A DNA stretch of 64,000 bases. It comes from Octopus vulgaris. Lineage: Eukaryota. The notes under the pieces are model-generated. The model was not told the DNA's origin. It ran no database searches and was given only the letters and a program-made list of their open reading frames with translations. How positions within the stretch are numbered: position 1 is the first letter of the stretch; every line of letters starts with the position of its first letter. The stretch lies in the NCBI GenBank assembly GCA_951406725.2, contig OX597814.1, forward strand, positions 142,476,001 to 142,540,000, written 5' to 3'. A program made the position numbers and the translations under genes. This document shows positions 26,380 through 40,965 of the stretch, in pieces.

Positions 26380-27671
26380 GAAAAGGCATAGTTACACTAT
26401 CGGCTGCATATTGCAAGTGATAGCATATGCCAAGGAACACAGTAACAGAGCGGTTGTTAGACATTTTGGACCACCTCCAACAGAGAAAATGGTACAGATG
26501 TAGAGAAAACAGGAAGATGAACTATAACAGGCTGAAAAACGGAAGCATAACCTGCGAAAACCAAATGTAAAATGGCCTGAACTTGAAAATGAGTCGAAAA
26601 CCTAGGTTGTAGATAACCAGAATAAAGGTATAGTTGTGTCAACTAAAGCCATAATTTGTCAAGCTACAAGAGGTCATTATGATTTCAGTGGCTGTGCAAG
26701 CTGGTGTTTTCGTTTCATGAAAAGAAACAGATTGGCTATACATATAAAACAAGGATAGCACAGAAAATGTCAGATGAATTATGAAAACAAGATACTGGAA
26801 TTTCACCGATTTGTGATACGCGCAAGACAACACAGCAGCTACGAACTCTGTCATATTGCAAATATGGACGAGGTGCCACTGATATTTGATGTTCCCTCAA
26901 ACAGGATTGTAGATACTAAAGGTAGCAAAATAGTTACTTTTAAAACAACAGGACATGAAAAAACACGCTACACCGTAGTATCAGCTTGTTGCACAGATGA
27001 CATGAAACTACCACCACTTTTAATATTTCAAAGAAAAAACACTTCCGAAGGACCGTTTTCCATCAGGAGTTGTTATTCACGTCTACCATAAGGGGTGGTT
27101 GGACGAAAATGGCGTAAAGTTATGGTTGGATAAAGTATGGTCAAGGCGTCCTGGTGCTTTACGCAAAACACCATCCCTTCTTGTCTGGAACCATTTTGCG
27201 CACACGCAACTGAATGTACAGTAAGGAGGGTAAAGAATGTAAACACTGAAATAGTTGTGATACCTGGTGGATTGACTTCCCAATTACAACCCCTTGATGT
27301 TTCAATAAAGAAGCCTTTCAAGGGACGCAGGAAAGAGGAGTGGGATAACTGGATGCAGGCCCCGCAACATGGACTAACACCAACAGGCCGTATGAAGAGG
27401 CCTACATTTTCCCAAGTAGCCCATTGGGTAAAAATTGTGGGAAGCAGTAAAAACTGAAACAATTATAAAAGGTTTAGAAAAATGTGGTATCAGTAACATC
27501 CTAGATAGCACTGAAGATGATTGTTTATATAACTATAACGACACATCTGATTCTGAAAACAACTTCGACCCCGATGAATGCGAGGAAACTGATGAATTCC
27601 AGGAAGTTGGGGAAAATAACAGCCAAGAACTGAATGAGGATGACAGCAACCATGGCTTTTTAGAATTTTAA
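26380..27671 (+). pseudogene. pogo/Tigger transposase pseudogene (element may start at TIR-like taccgtattctgcggcatataagac, ~24214)
   Basis: IANMDEVPLIFD, KTTGHEKTRYTVV, VIPGGLTSQLQPLDVSIKKPFK, acidic C-terminus; many frameshifts. Confidence 0.88.
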
Positions 27672-28399
27672 AGTGAATAAATTTTTTAAGATTATGGGGT
27701 AAAAAATGACTCATGAGGTTATTGCATCTTAATATTTTGGTTATGCAATGGCAGGTTTTGATAAGTTTTCTTCTTATAAATAAAGTGGCAATAGTAAAGA
27801 ATGTTAATATAAAACAAATAAAAGTATAACAAACACTGATAAAAGATGTTCGATAAATATCTGTAAAAAGCAAAAAAAATGAACCGTGTAGATGAGGCTA
27901 TGTTCATAGCGTTACCTGGAATTCACTGCAAACACTTGTAGTAGAAACACAACAAGAAAAGTTTTTCTTTTTTCAAATAGTTGCAGTAATGAAGAATGAT
28001 AACAATATATAAAAAATAAAGATAAAAAAATTATTAAAGTGGTACAGTAAATATCAGAAAATAAAGTAATGAACAATGAAGCTGAGGTCACGGCCATATC
28101 AGAGTCGAGACATTGGCAGACAATAAACGCATGGCTCACAATCAAAATATTCAAAACAATTCGTTGTTGCATCCCTGGCACTCTTCCCAATAATATGGTA
28201 CAGGTACTGTAATCTGTGTTCAATGAATGTTCTGGTATTTCCAAGATGGGGTGCACAGACAACCTTGAATATAAGGTTTAGTGGCAGACATGGACTGAAC
28301 TCAGTCTCAGGCCTAGCGATGAAGCAGGCTCTACAAAATTCCCCTTACCCCAATTTTATTCGTCTTCATTGAGAGTACGGCCAAAAAATGTGTGCCAAA

Positions 28400-28930
28400 G
28401 ACGCTGTCACACCCCAGAATCAACTACATCTCATCTATCGATGTGCAGATGAAAATAATATGAAATTCAACGCATTTTAGGTTCTTTATTACGAAGTTGA
28501 TACGCACAATACAAATTATTCAACGCCTGAAAACGATTAGAAGCTCAGATAAAATACCGGACTATGAGTAATCATGCTAAATGATTCCTCTTTCATCGGA
28601 TACATCACCAACTTAACCTCTAAATGCAGAGATCTCAGCGGATGGATCCTGAAAACTCTAATAACATTAGAACCAGTTGTCATCTGACTCTATGGAAAAA
28701 GCTAAGACTTATGTCGACTTGGTTACTGCTCACAACTTCGGTCTCCAAAACACCCGATCTCGTAAAAGAAATTCAAGGATTACAAAGAATGTTACAAGAA
28801 CTTACTATATGGAAACGTCTCAAGACTCTACGTCTCTATTTCCTTGAAAGACGCAGAGAAAGATGAATTGTTATTTACGTGCGGAAGATTCTGGAAGGTC
28901 ATTTTGCAAACTTCGGCTCTAAATTTAGCG
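28400..28930 (+). mobile_element. CR1-clade LINE 3' ORF2 remnant
   Basis: WKRLKTLRLYFLERRRER*IVIYVRKILEG matches the CR1 ORF2 C-terminal pattern. Confidence 0.65.
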
Positions 28931-29184
28931 ATGTATTACCATTGGATATACCAACTTTACATATTAAACACATTCCTATTTAAGCAATATGTTCGTGGAT
29001 GGTGAATGAGTTGGATGTGGTGCTGAAGAAGGAGCAACAATTCCGGAAATATGCATATATAGCCATGACCTATTTTTCTGTTATCTATCACACTGTTTAT
29101 ATAGACGTATACGTATACAAAACGTCGTAAATTTTAGTGCCGGCTCTAATTTCTTCAGAAAATCAGTAGAGATAACTTTTAAAA

Positions 29185-29244
<60 letters not shown>

Positions 29245-29284
29245 ATATGTATGTATATATACATGCATACACTCACATATGTAT

Positions 29285-29346
<62 letters not shown>

Positions 29347-29349
<3 letters not shown>

Positions 29350-29476
29350 GGTGATTCAAAAGTCACCATACATAAGAACAACTTATTTTTTTTATAAGAA
29401 ACAGTATTTTTTATTTAACTGTTTCTTATAAAAAGAATAAATTTTTCCTGTGTATGGTGACTTTTGAATCAACCTG
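29347..29476. mobile_element. 130-bp, almost fully palindromic Tc1/mariner-type MITE
   Basis: ta|cagggtgattcaaaagtcaccataca ... tgtatggtgacttttgaatcaacctg|ta. Confidence 0.85.
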
Positions 29477-29487
29477 TATATTCTTTT

Positions 29488-29893
29488 CTGTTACTTGTTT
29501 CAGTCATTTGATTGCAGCCATGCTGGGGTATCACTTTTTTAGTCGAACAAATCGACTCCTGGACTTATTCTTTGTAAGCCTAGTATTTATTCTATCGGTC
29601 CCTTTTGCCGAACCGCTAAGTTACGGGTACGCAAACACACCAACATCGGTTGACAAGCGATGGTGGAGGGGGAGAAACACAGACACATACACACAAATAG
29701 ACACACGCACACATGTATACATATATTTATATACGACGGGCTTCTTTCCGTTTCCGTCTACCAAATCTACTCACAAAGCTTTGGCCACCCTGAAGCTATA
29801 GTCAAAAGACATTTGCCCAAGGTGCCATGCAGTAAGACTGAACCTGGAATCATGTGGTTGGCAAACAAGCTTCTTACCACACAGCCACGCTGC
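29488..29893 (-). mobile_element. SINE family A, full length
   Basis: reverse complement of the family A copy at 34742-35180. Confidence 0.85.
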
Positions 29894-30012
29894 ACCAATA
29901 TATATAATATACACACATACTAGCATCACACATACGCACACACATACATACAGACGTACATACATACATACATACATACATACATACATACATACATACA
30001 TACATACATACA

Positions 30013-30043
<31 letters not shown>

Positions 30044-30493
30044 GTATATATATGTACATACATAACCATAAATATACACATAAATGAACTGAAAAATGTT
30101 GATCAGTTGACATTATGCAAGAAATTTCCACACAAGGCCTTTGAAACTATGAATATCTAAATCAGTTGATGGAAAGTGTTAGACAATTGGAACGATTCAG
30201 TTTGCTGTCGTAAAAAAAAAACACTGCAAATATTTCTGTATTACTGCACTTTTTCAAGGGAATATATTCTACTCAATTGGCATGAATGAAAGTACTACTC
30301 AGGCATAATGGGAATTTAGTGATGATATTACGATTAAAAATATAAAAATATATATTATTGATAATATTTCTGATAACTAAATGAGGAGATGACAGGCTCT
30401 CGCGTATCTAATACAGAGATTTATTATTAGAAAAAAGTTGGAGACGAACGGCTGAAATTCGATTTACTAGAGTATATATATTTATATATATAT

Positions 30494-30553
<60 letters not shown>

Positions 30554-30688
30554 GCACACACACACGCACAAACACACACATACACACACAGATACATATA
30601 TGCTCGTGAGCATATGGCGTAATGGTTAAAAGTGCGGGCTACTAACCCCAAGAATCCGTGTTCGATTCCAGCCAACGACCTGAATAAC

Positions 30689-30751
<63 letters not shown>

Positions 30752-30758
30752 GATAATG

Positions 30759-30834
<76 letters not shown>

Positions 30835-30842
30835 GGATAATG

Positions 30843-30885
<43 letters not shown>

Positions 30886-30917
30886 TAATAATAATGATAA
30901 TAATAATGATAATAATG

Positions 30918-30955
<38 letters not shown>

Positions 30956-31019
30956 GATAATAATGATAATAATAATGATAATAATGATAATAATAATAAT
31001 AATAATGATAATAATAATG

Positions 31020-31102
<83 letters not shown>

Positions 31103-31141
31103 AAGAAGAAGAAGAAGAAGAAGAAGAAGAAGAAGAAGAAT

Positions 31142-31290
31142 AGAAAAGCACTTGGGGAGCGCAGACCTCGGCCAATCCAGCAGGAGCAGCACCACGACGA
31201 CGACGACGTTTTGAGTTATTTTGCACAAAGACGGACAGACGGACAAACCAAAGCCAATGAAAACATAACCTCCTTCTTTGGCGGAGGTAA
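31142..31290 (+). mobile_element. Helentron-associated (HINE-like) non-autonomous element nested in the AAT/AAG tract
   Basis: subterminal inverted repeats acctcggccaa / ttggcggaggt, terminal hairpin acctcc...ggaggt, internal GACA-type microsatellite. Confidence 0.6.
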
Positions 31291-31345
31291 TAATAACATC
31301 GAAAAATACCTTAGGAATGAGAACCCAGCTTCGAAATTTCTCCAA

Positions 31346-31391
31346 AACACCTGATGAAGGCCGGAGGGTATATCAGCCGAAACGTTGTGTT
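31346..31391 (+). ncRNA. Minimal PLE-type hammerhead motif
   Basis: aacac-CTGATGA-a-ggc...gcc-GAAA-cg-TT-gtgtt. Confidence 0.7.
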
Positions 31392-31443
31392 AACAACAAA
31401 CAAGATGAGGATAAATATCCGTCAAATGTAAATAATGTAAATA

Positions 31444-31482
<39 letters not shown>

Positions 31483-31775
31483 CACACAGACACACACACA
31501 CATACACACACACACACATATATACACACATACATACATATATATAGATATACACATATACATATTCTTTTATTCTATTATTTGTTTGTCATTTGACTGC
31601 GGCCATGCTGAAGCATCGCCTGAAGTCGAACAAATCGATACAAGGATTTACTCTTTTTAAGCCTAGTACTTATTCTATTGGACACTTGTGCCGAAGTGGT
31701 TAATTACGGGGACATAAATACACCAACATCGGTTGTCAAGCAATGATGGGTGACAAACACAGACACACAAACATA

Positions 31776-31828
<53 letters not shown>

Positions 31829-32027
31829 GACGGGCTTCTTTCAGTTTCTGTCTACCAAATCCACCCACAAGGCTTTGGTCGGGGCCCGAGGTTATAGTAG
31901 AAGACACCTGCCCAAGGTGTCACAACAATGGGACTGAACCCGGAACCAAGCAATTTTCTACACAGCCTCTTCAGCGCCTCCACACAACAACTCCATGTAT
32001 ACATACATACATAAATACATACATAGA

Positions 32028-32114
<87 letters not shown>

Positions 32115-32284
32115 GTATATATATATATATATATATATACATATATATATACATATATATACACACATATACATAAACATATATATGTATGTATATACAT
32201 ATATATATATGTATATATATGTAAATACATGTATATACATATATATACATATATACACATATATATGTATATATATACATATAC

Positions 32285-32408
<124 letters not shown>

Positions 32409-33063
32409 AGTTTACCAATGCGATCTCATATTATTCACGCATAAACACACACACACAGATTTTCTGTCACATAGATTTAAAGCAACTGCTATTGCTACAC
32501 AACAACATCTATTTTTATTTTAGAACTCTTTCCCCCTTAGTCTTCTAATTTCCAGTGACTGTGAGCAAATCGTCATTTCCGTAATCTCTTAGATGCGATG
32601 CAGCTCTTAATATAAGAGTGCACGTGAATGTGATGTAGGCATAACGATTGTTGTGTGCATATGTCGGAGTGAAAGGGAGAGAGTGAATGAGAGAGTAAGG
32701 CAGACAGACAGAGTCAGTCACACAGAGAGTTGAAGTGGGTGAGAGAGAGAGCGACCGTACGCGTGCTCGCGTGGGTTTCCGCTCCTGTGTGTGTGTGTGT
32801 TGGTGTGCACATGTGTGTGCGTTTAGAAGAAGCCGTGGGAGAAGAGTGGTGAAGATGTTAAGGCGCGAAAATATATGAGATAAGTAGATAGATAAACAGA
32901 TAAGGAGAGACGAAACCAGACAGACAGGTAGATGGAAAGTGTTTCTAAGAGTTTCATATGCAGATGCAGAGAGAGAAAGGTGGGGGACAAAGATAGTGTT
33001 TTTGTGTGTGCGTGTGTGTATATGTGTATGTGTGTGTGCACGAGTGTGTGTGTAAAACAGAGA

Positions 33064-33100
<37 letters not shown>

Positions 33101-33128
33101 GTAATTATAGGTAGAGAATCAGTCAGAA

Positions 33129-33227
<99 letters not shown>

Positions 33228-33349
33228 GGGGAAGGAGAAGGAGAGAGAGATAAAGAGAGGAGAGAAAGAGAGAAAAAGATTATTCAAAAACTTGAGGGCA
33301 AGATTTAAACTAAAGTAAAAAATAGTGAAGAATTAAAAAAATGAAAGTT

Positions 33350-33539
33350 GCTGGTGGTGGTGGTGGTGGTGATGGACGTGTTATGAGTAATGGTGGATGA
33401 CGGTGAGTGATGGCGAGTGAAGATGAGAATAGTGATGATGGATAGCTGTGGTAGTGGTGATACGAGGAGATGTTATTTGCGCAGTGGTGGAGACAGTACT
33501 GACGGTAGAATTGGTGGTGGTGGCTTAGTGGCCTGCAAT

Positions 33540-33583
<44 letters not shown>

Positions 33584-33655
33584 TGTATTAAAGGTGGTTA
33601 TGGTGGTGCTTGGAGTAATAATATTAGTAAAAGTAGTAGTTGTGGTAGTAGTGGT

Positions 33656-33687
<32 letters not shown>

Positions 33688-33885
33688 TAGCGGTAGCAGC
33701 AGCAGCAGTAGTAGTAGTAATAGTAATAGTAGTTGTTGTTGTTGTTGTAATGATGGTGGTGGTGGTGGTGGTAGTAGCAGTAGTAGTAGTAGTGATGGTG
33801 GTGGTAGTGGCGGTAGTGGTGGTGGTGGCAGTAGTAATAGATGTAGTAGTAGTGGTAATAATAGTAATAATAGTAGTTATTGTTC

Positions 33886-33935
<50 letters not shown>

Positions 33936-34010
33936 GTAGTAGTGGTGGTGGTGGTGGTGGTGGTGGTGGTGGTGGTGGTGGTGGTATTAGCGACAGCGGT
34001 GGTGGTTGAG
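33350..34010. repeat. (GTA/GTG)n compound trinucleotide repeat
   Basis: direct inspection; source of the poly-Val ORF. Confidence 0.95.
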
Positions 34011-34535
34011 TGCTTTATACATAAGATTGATTGATTTGTTTATATTATGTTGTCTTTCTCTCACGTCACTCTCTGTTTTACATACAGGTGCTATGCATGC
34101 GCGTGCGCGTGAACGATCGCAAGACTATATATATGTGTGTGTGTGACACTATATATATGTGTGCGTGCGTGTGTATGCCTCTGTGTTTATGTGTCTGTGT
34201 GTGTGTGTGTGTGTGTGTAGATATTTACCGTGTGTAGACAGCGCAAAACTGAAAGCATCTTACTGTAACTTGTTTCCAGTCAATTCATCTTATTGGAGTT
34301 ACCCAAATCGGTTATTGTTTTAAACAATCGTAGATGAAGAGTTTGTTTATATAGATTGCTTGGACATGAGGCGCAGGCTTTGCTGCGTGGTAAGAAGTTT
34401 GCTTCCCAAACAGAGGATTTCGGTTTCAGTCTCATTGCGAGGTACCTTGAACAAATATCTTCTACTATAGACTCGGGCCGACTAAAACCTTGTGAGATGA
34501 CAATGAGAACTGAAAGAAACCCATCGTATGTATGC

Positions 34536-34604
<69 letters not shown>

Positions 34605-34741
34605 TTTGTCTTTGTGCTTGTATATCTTTGCGTTTGTGTCTGCCCTCACCTCCAATGCTTCACAATAGGTGTTTGGTTTGTTTACGCCTTCGTAACTTAG
34701 CGGTTCGGGAAAACACTTGATAGAGTAATGGCAATTTTTTT

Positions 34742-34917
34742 AGGCGCAGGAGTGGCTGTGTGGTAAGTAGCTTGCTTACCAACTACATGGTTCCGGGTTC
34801 AGTCCCACTGCGTGGCACCTTGGGCAAGTGTCTTCTACTATAGCCTCGGGTCGACTAAAGCCTTGTGAGTGGATTTGGTAGACAGCAACTGAAAGAAGCC
34901 CGTCGTATAAATGTATA

Positions 34918-34981
<64 letters not shown>

Positions 34982-35180
34982 TGTGTCTGTGTTTGTCCCC
35001 CCAACATCTCTTGACAACTAATGCTGGTGTGTTTACGCCCCCGTAACTTAGCGGTTTGGCAAAAGACACAGATAAAATAAGTAGTAGGCTTACAAAGAAT
35101 AAGTCCTGGGGTCGATTTGCTCGACTAAAGGCGGTGCTCCAGCATGGCCGCAGTCAAATGACTGAAACAAGTAAAAGAGT
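34742..35180 (+). mobile_element. SINE family A, full length, nested in an older family A copy (~34370-35275)
   Basis: aggcgcaggagtggctgtgtggtaag (A box), gggttcagtccc (B box), CORE-like ccttgggcaagt, tail aaacaagtaaaagag. Confidence 0.9.
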
Positions 35181-35489
35181 AAGTACAAGAGTCCATTTGT
35201 TTGACTGAAACCCTTCAAGGCGGAGCTCCAGTATGGCTGCAGTGAAAGGACCGGAACACGTAAAAGATAAAAGATAACGTCATCACGCTACCATCTACTG
35301 GACAATGTAATCGGGGTAATGTTCAGTACCGCATTTGAAGAGGTGTTTGTGTCTTGTTATTCATAACTAAAAAAATGAAATGAAAAAAACCCTGTGGTAT
35401 TGCATTGTGTAACTGGTTCTTCACCTGTTGAAACTCAAATTAAAGCTTATTTTTATTTTCAATTTTTATTTCTATTTTTATTATTATTA

Positions 35490-35563
<74 letters not shown>

Positions 35564-35883
35564 CATTATTATTATTCTCTTAACTTTTTCTGGTTTCTGT
35601 CATTGGACTTAAACTTACGATGGGATACCGTCTTTGGGGGTTTATTCGAACATGCTAACAGCAGTACCTATTCTTTTATTTTTAAGTCTAGTGCTTATTT
35701 CCTCGATCTGTTTTTGCGAACCGCTATTCTACGGAAACGTAAACAAACTAACTCATTTTGCTAAAGAGTAGGGGACAAGCATAAACAAAGATATATATAT
35801 ATATATGTGTGTGTGTGTATACATATACATATACATACATACATACATACATACATACATACATACATACATACATACATACA

Positions 35884-35942
<59 letters not shown>

Positions 35943-36412
35943 ATGTATATTGTTTTTACTGTTTTGTTCTTACTGTCCTGTTCTTGTTACCACTTTTACC
36001 CTCCGCAAAAAATCCCAAATTTTATCTAATTTGCTTTGCGGGAAGGACTGTTTCAAAGAAGTCGCGTCTTGTCCCTACCTTCGGAACGCGGAGTAGATGA
36101 AACAGGGACAACTGAAGAAGGGGAATATTCCTTGTGTTGTATGTCGTGTACTCTGTTTTATTTTTTCGTTGTTTAAAAAAAGTTCGTTTCTATGTTCTTG
36201 TTTTTATGTTTTCGTTTCTCATTGTGTTCCACGTTTTTTTAATGCCCTGTACCCATATATGCATGTATATATACATATATATATGTAGGTATGTACATAT
36301 ATGTATGTATATATGCATATATTTATATATTATTTATATTATTATATGATCAAATGCCACGAATCCTTTTCCAAGTAAGTTTTAACTCTTTCTCTTTCTC
36401 TTTCTCTCTCTC

Positions 36413-36466
<54 letters not shown>

Positions 36467-36592
36467 TAAATTAGAGACAAAACCACTATTAGGCAAATCA
36501 AACAATGAAAAACTTAATCTAATACATAATATTATTTAATTTATATTATTTAAATATATAACAAAATTATTAAAAAAATATAATTAATATCA

Positions 36593-36656
36593 CACTACGA
36601 TCGTTTCATGCCTGCTAACATCTTCAAATTTTTGAGTCGCAGTCATTCATCAGGTG
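36593..36656 (-). ncRNA. Type I hammerhead ribozyme motif inside a ~400-bp foldback element (36458-36855)
   Basis: minus strand cac-CTGATGA-atgactgc...gcaggcat-GAAA-cgatcg-TA-gtg; element has inverted arms 36458-36516 / 36714-36773 and (TA)n flanks. Confidence 0.78.
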
Positions 36657-36848
36657 GTTTAAATATTTAACTTGGCGAGGTTTAAACAATGAGTTTATTG
36701 TTTAAACCTCGCCAAGTTTTTCATTGTTTGATTTGCCTAATAGTGGTTTTGTCTCTAATTTAATATAATATAATATTTTACTATAAAATTGGATTCAATC
36801 CTAAATCTGATTTTTCCCTGTAAGTTTGGATTTATTCCCTAATATTTA

Positions 36849-36895
<47 letters not shown>

Positions 36896-39800
36896 CGGCC
36901 TTTCACACGGTTTCCTTCTACAGAATATCAAATGTCACAAGCAACATATCTTTGGATGACTCGAAGCTACAGTTGGAGACACTTGCCCAAGATCGAACCT
37001 GAAATCATGTAGGAAAGCGAAATTTATTGTAGCAGATGTCACTCAAAAGAAGAGTGGATGACGCGTTAAACAATGTGGAATCGATTCATTCTATTAATTT
37101 TTTTCTTCTTTGGTCATTCAGTGATCGATTATATTTTCATTGAGTTACTTTTACTTTTCATCACTAAAGTCGACATGAAAGAAATAAAATAACTTTTCAT
37201 TAAAACATTAAAGAAACCACCCAACACCTTTAAACTGTTTGACACACTCTTACGCTCACTTGTGTTACACCACAAACACAGTCTTTCGTGATTTACGTAC
37301 ATCATCATTTCTCTCAGTTGTTTCTCCTCAAAGACTAGAGGAGAACCAAGAACACATGAGTGGTGTCACTTCTCAGTTGCGTAAAGTAGCTGCGCAGCAG
37401 ATGTTATCGCTGCTACAGATCAAGAGTAGGCTTTGTGGCCCACATCCGAGCCTGCCAGAGATGCAGTCAATATCGACCTATGACAGACAGCCAAACAAGA
37501 CATCAACGTTTATACATCCGTCCATACACGTTCCATATACTTTATTATGGTTGTCAATCGAATCCACTGGTGACACTCTTCATTTGATCATTGTAATCCT
37601 CGTATATGCCATACAGCTTCGGTCGTAAATGTTTACTTAGTGAGGTCAGGTGTAAGTCTTGCTTCAAGAATTACTAAGTGCATTTTTCCTCTCATATCTT
37701 CAACACTTTTCTAATACAAATAAAACCGTTAAATTGAGCGGCAAGTAGCGATGGGTTGATGTTGCTCCGCTTCAAAGAGGTCTTCAGCAGTTTTTTTTTA
37801 ACCATCTTGTTTGGGCCTGCACGTCAGGCGTTTACTCTGACGTATCTCACCGTATGGGTTTCAACGAAGGAGAACTGAGTGATACATACATGCTACAGGA
37901 TCGACCAGCTTAGCTGATGCCTGTGTGGTGCGGATTCAATATCGCTGGTGTTAGTTTGACGGATGATTTCTATGTACATAGTCTTATCTCGCCAGCTAAC
38001 AGCTTGGATTTCCTGGAGGCACTGGATGTTATAGCTAGCTATAGCTATCAGTGTCTTAATCTGTTTGCTGTTCGTAATTCATGTCTTTAAACTGCATGGA
38101 AAAATTGAGCCATAGACATCCTGATAAACACACAAATCGGTATGAAGGATAAGATAATCGTTAGACAGACTCTCTGAGCCTCCCAAAGTATATAGAAGTT
38201 TATCTGAAACAGTTTAGAATCTCATCGATCAATTTACATTCATTGGAAATAACACTGATTTTGGAAGTCGTGGCTAGTTTTTACTTTTGTGCAGAGAATG
38301 CGGTGAAGATGGATGGTGGGGCATTGTGTCATAGAAAGATGACTTTTATATGTTGGAATGACTCTAAGATGATCATCTCTGGAGCGTGAGCTTCCCGGGA
38401 CTCATCAGTAAAGTGTAGTTCATTGATCGGTTCAAATCCGAAATTAGCATTGGTCTACAGTCATCTGATGTTAATAAGGTTCCATCCACCTCAGAAATTA
38501 GTAATAATTCCGGCCTCTCTTTCTCCAATTGCAACCGTCTGCATAACATGATGATCACACAAATGAGAAAAATAATTAATATTAAACCAGCACGCAAAGT
38601 TATATAATTCCCGTTGATTTATTTTATTATTTTTTTAATATATATTTTTACTCTGAAGGACTCTCAGATTTTAGCCCTCCTCCTCCATCAACTCCAACAA
38701 CAACGATTCGAACCATCATCCATATGTAGAGATAGTAAAGGAGATACACGAATTCGGACGGGAAACTAATTTCATGGGAAAATCCCACTGAATCAATCTC
38801 AAAACCCTTTAAAAGGTCCATAAACGAATTGAGCAGGTCTATGTTACTTCCTGACCATCCAATCTTAAATGTGTATGTAGAACTACATTATCTTTTGCAG
38901 TGTTTCGATTCCCAGCGTTTTTCCATTTGCAGAATCTTTAAAATTCACCCCCTGTCTCAGGGAAATTCTGCATAAAAATTGTTTTTCAGTCATAAATTAA
39001 ATTTCACTAGAGATTAAACTAATGTAAAACTATCTTTGATTGGTTTGTAAATGCCAAATCCATAAGACGTCTTAAGAAGTGGTTTAGGTAAATTCCGTCT
39101 TAACTAAGATCCCTCTTTGAAACGAATTACCTAATTTTTGCCCGTATAGCTTCATTAATCCGTAGAGATACCAATATTTCGAATATGCTGTATGGTACAA
39201 CTTAATTGTCAATATAGAATTAACAGCAAAAATGACTCAAAATACATTTGCATATAATTAGCATATTCATCGCTTTTTATCGCGGAACGCTTAGCGACCT
39301 CAAGCAGAACTCCGCGTGGAAAGCAGCGACTTAATGTCTTCTCTTGTTTAAGACGATAAGGTATGATTTCGAGGAGATCTGGTTGCTATCTCAAGCATTA
39401 CTCTTCGTTGTAATTACCGTTGAATTGGGATACAACTAATTCCACTTAATCGAATACCAAGTGATATAATTTGGTTACCAGCATGACTTTTAAAAGCAAC
39501 AAACTATTTACATCAAATCTATGCAAAATTAATCGGTTAATTGCATATGCAAATATATTCGAATCCGGTTAATTGCACAAGCTATTTTCATCGATTTTTG
39601 AAAAAGAGAAACTGGCGGAATGTAGTATAAAATTGATTATTTATTTGATTTTATATGAATAAAAACATTGTAAAAGCTTCCGTTTTTACAATGAGTTGAA
39701 ATAACAATAGTCACTTCTCTATCTTTGCAAACAACCGCTATCAAAAAATACTCAAGTGTATTTAAGTTATTGTTACCGTTTCAATGGATTAAAGACAATC

Positions 39801-40730
39801 GGAAGTTAATGTTCCGGTGTATTTTAAAATTTATTTTTAATCGCGAAAACAAAGTTTCTCATTGAATAAATCTTTATTGTAGATAAAATTGTTAAATAAA
39901 AAAAAAAAACGATAATTTTTAATGAAGCAGTAAATTCACGCTATTTTGTTTTCATTATCATCTACATTATCCTGTCCTTGACCCAATTACGTTTTTCTTC
40001 ATCTACATGACCCTAGTTGTTATCATTGAGTGATTTTTAAGTATGTCAAGGCACGTTTGTTTAAGGGTTAAGGTGCTCGGCTCGCGATCATAAGGTTGTG
40101 GGTTCAATTCTTGAGCAAGATCCTTCATTTCACATTACTTCGGTCTACTCTGTGGAAACTAGTACCTGTCGCTACTGGTGCAGCTCTCTCTCTCTCTCAC
40201 TCTCTCTCTCTCTCTCTCTCTAGCTGTCTCATCTTTAACCAGATTCAGTCAACCGTTTCCGAGAAGCAGGCCGCATGAGATAATTTTTCGGTGGGCGCGT
40301 CATCCTGAAAGTTCCGCGGGCCATAGTTTGCTCATGGCTGTCTTAGACATTCCGCTGGGGGAAGAGTAAAGTAACTGTGTTTACATTTGCAAGTGACTAC
40401 AGACTAATTGTTTCAGACACAGGGTTACCTGAAAGAGTTAGCAAAAACATGATACAAGCTATCAACTTTTTCTCACTCACGAGTGACGACTGACTGTACG
40501 AATTCAAAGTGTGTGTGAATGTTATATTCAAGATGTTATTTTCTTCGACAGTTACAGAATCTCAAAGATAATTGAAAAACCTCATGAGAAATAATTTAGA
40601 CGATTGTTTCGTGCCAGTTCACAGCAATAAAAATTATGAATAGTGGAATATAAGCAAAATATGTTAACGCAAAACGTAAAGCAAGTAAAAAAAAAAACTG
40701 CTATAGATGTTTTGTTATATAACTGACACT

Positions 40731-40965
40731 AAGGCGGCGAGCTGGCAGAATCGTTAGCATGCCGGGCGAAATGCTAAGCGGTATTTCGTCTGCCGTTGCG
40801 TTCTGAGTTCAAATTCCGCCGAGATCGACTTTACCTTTCATCCTTTCGGGGTCGATAAATTAAGTACCAGTTACGCACTGGGGTCGATGTAATCGACTTA
40901 ATACCTTTGTCTGTCCTAGTTTGTTCCCTCTATGTTTAGCCCCTTGTGGGCAATAAAGAAATAAG
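40731..40965 (+). mobile_element. SINE family B monomer
   Basis: aaggcggcgagctggcagaatcgttagc...gagttcaaattcc...aataaagaaataag. Confidence 0.88.

Larger units (their letters stand above)
30606..31448 (+). mobile_element. tRNA-headed SINE-like element with (AAT)n body and hammerhead-like tail
   Basis: A box tggcgtaatgg (30615-30625), B box gttcgattcc (30660-30669), expanded (AAT)n, tail 31291-31448 ending in aatgtaaataatgtaaataatgta. Confidence 0.65.

Noticed and set aside
30606-30681. Functional tRNA gene
   Set aside because: A/B boxes are present but the acceptor and T stems do not pair properly and there is no oligo-T terminator; treated as a SINE head
30626-31354. 240-aa poly-Asn/Lys, poly-Ile and poly-Tyr ORFs
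   Set aside because: (AAT)n/(AAG)n expansion
33417-34034. 205-aa poly-Val ORF
   Set aside because: (GTN)n trinucleotide repeat
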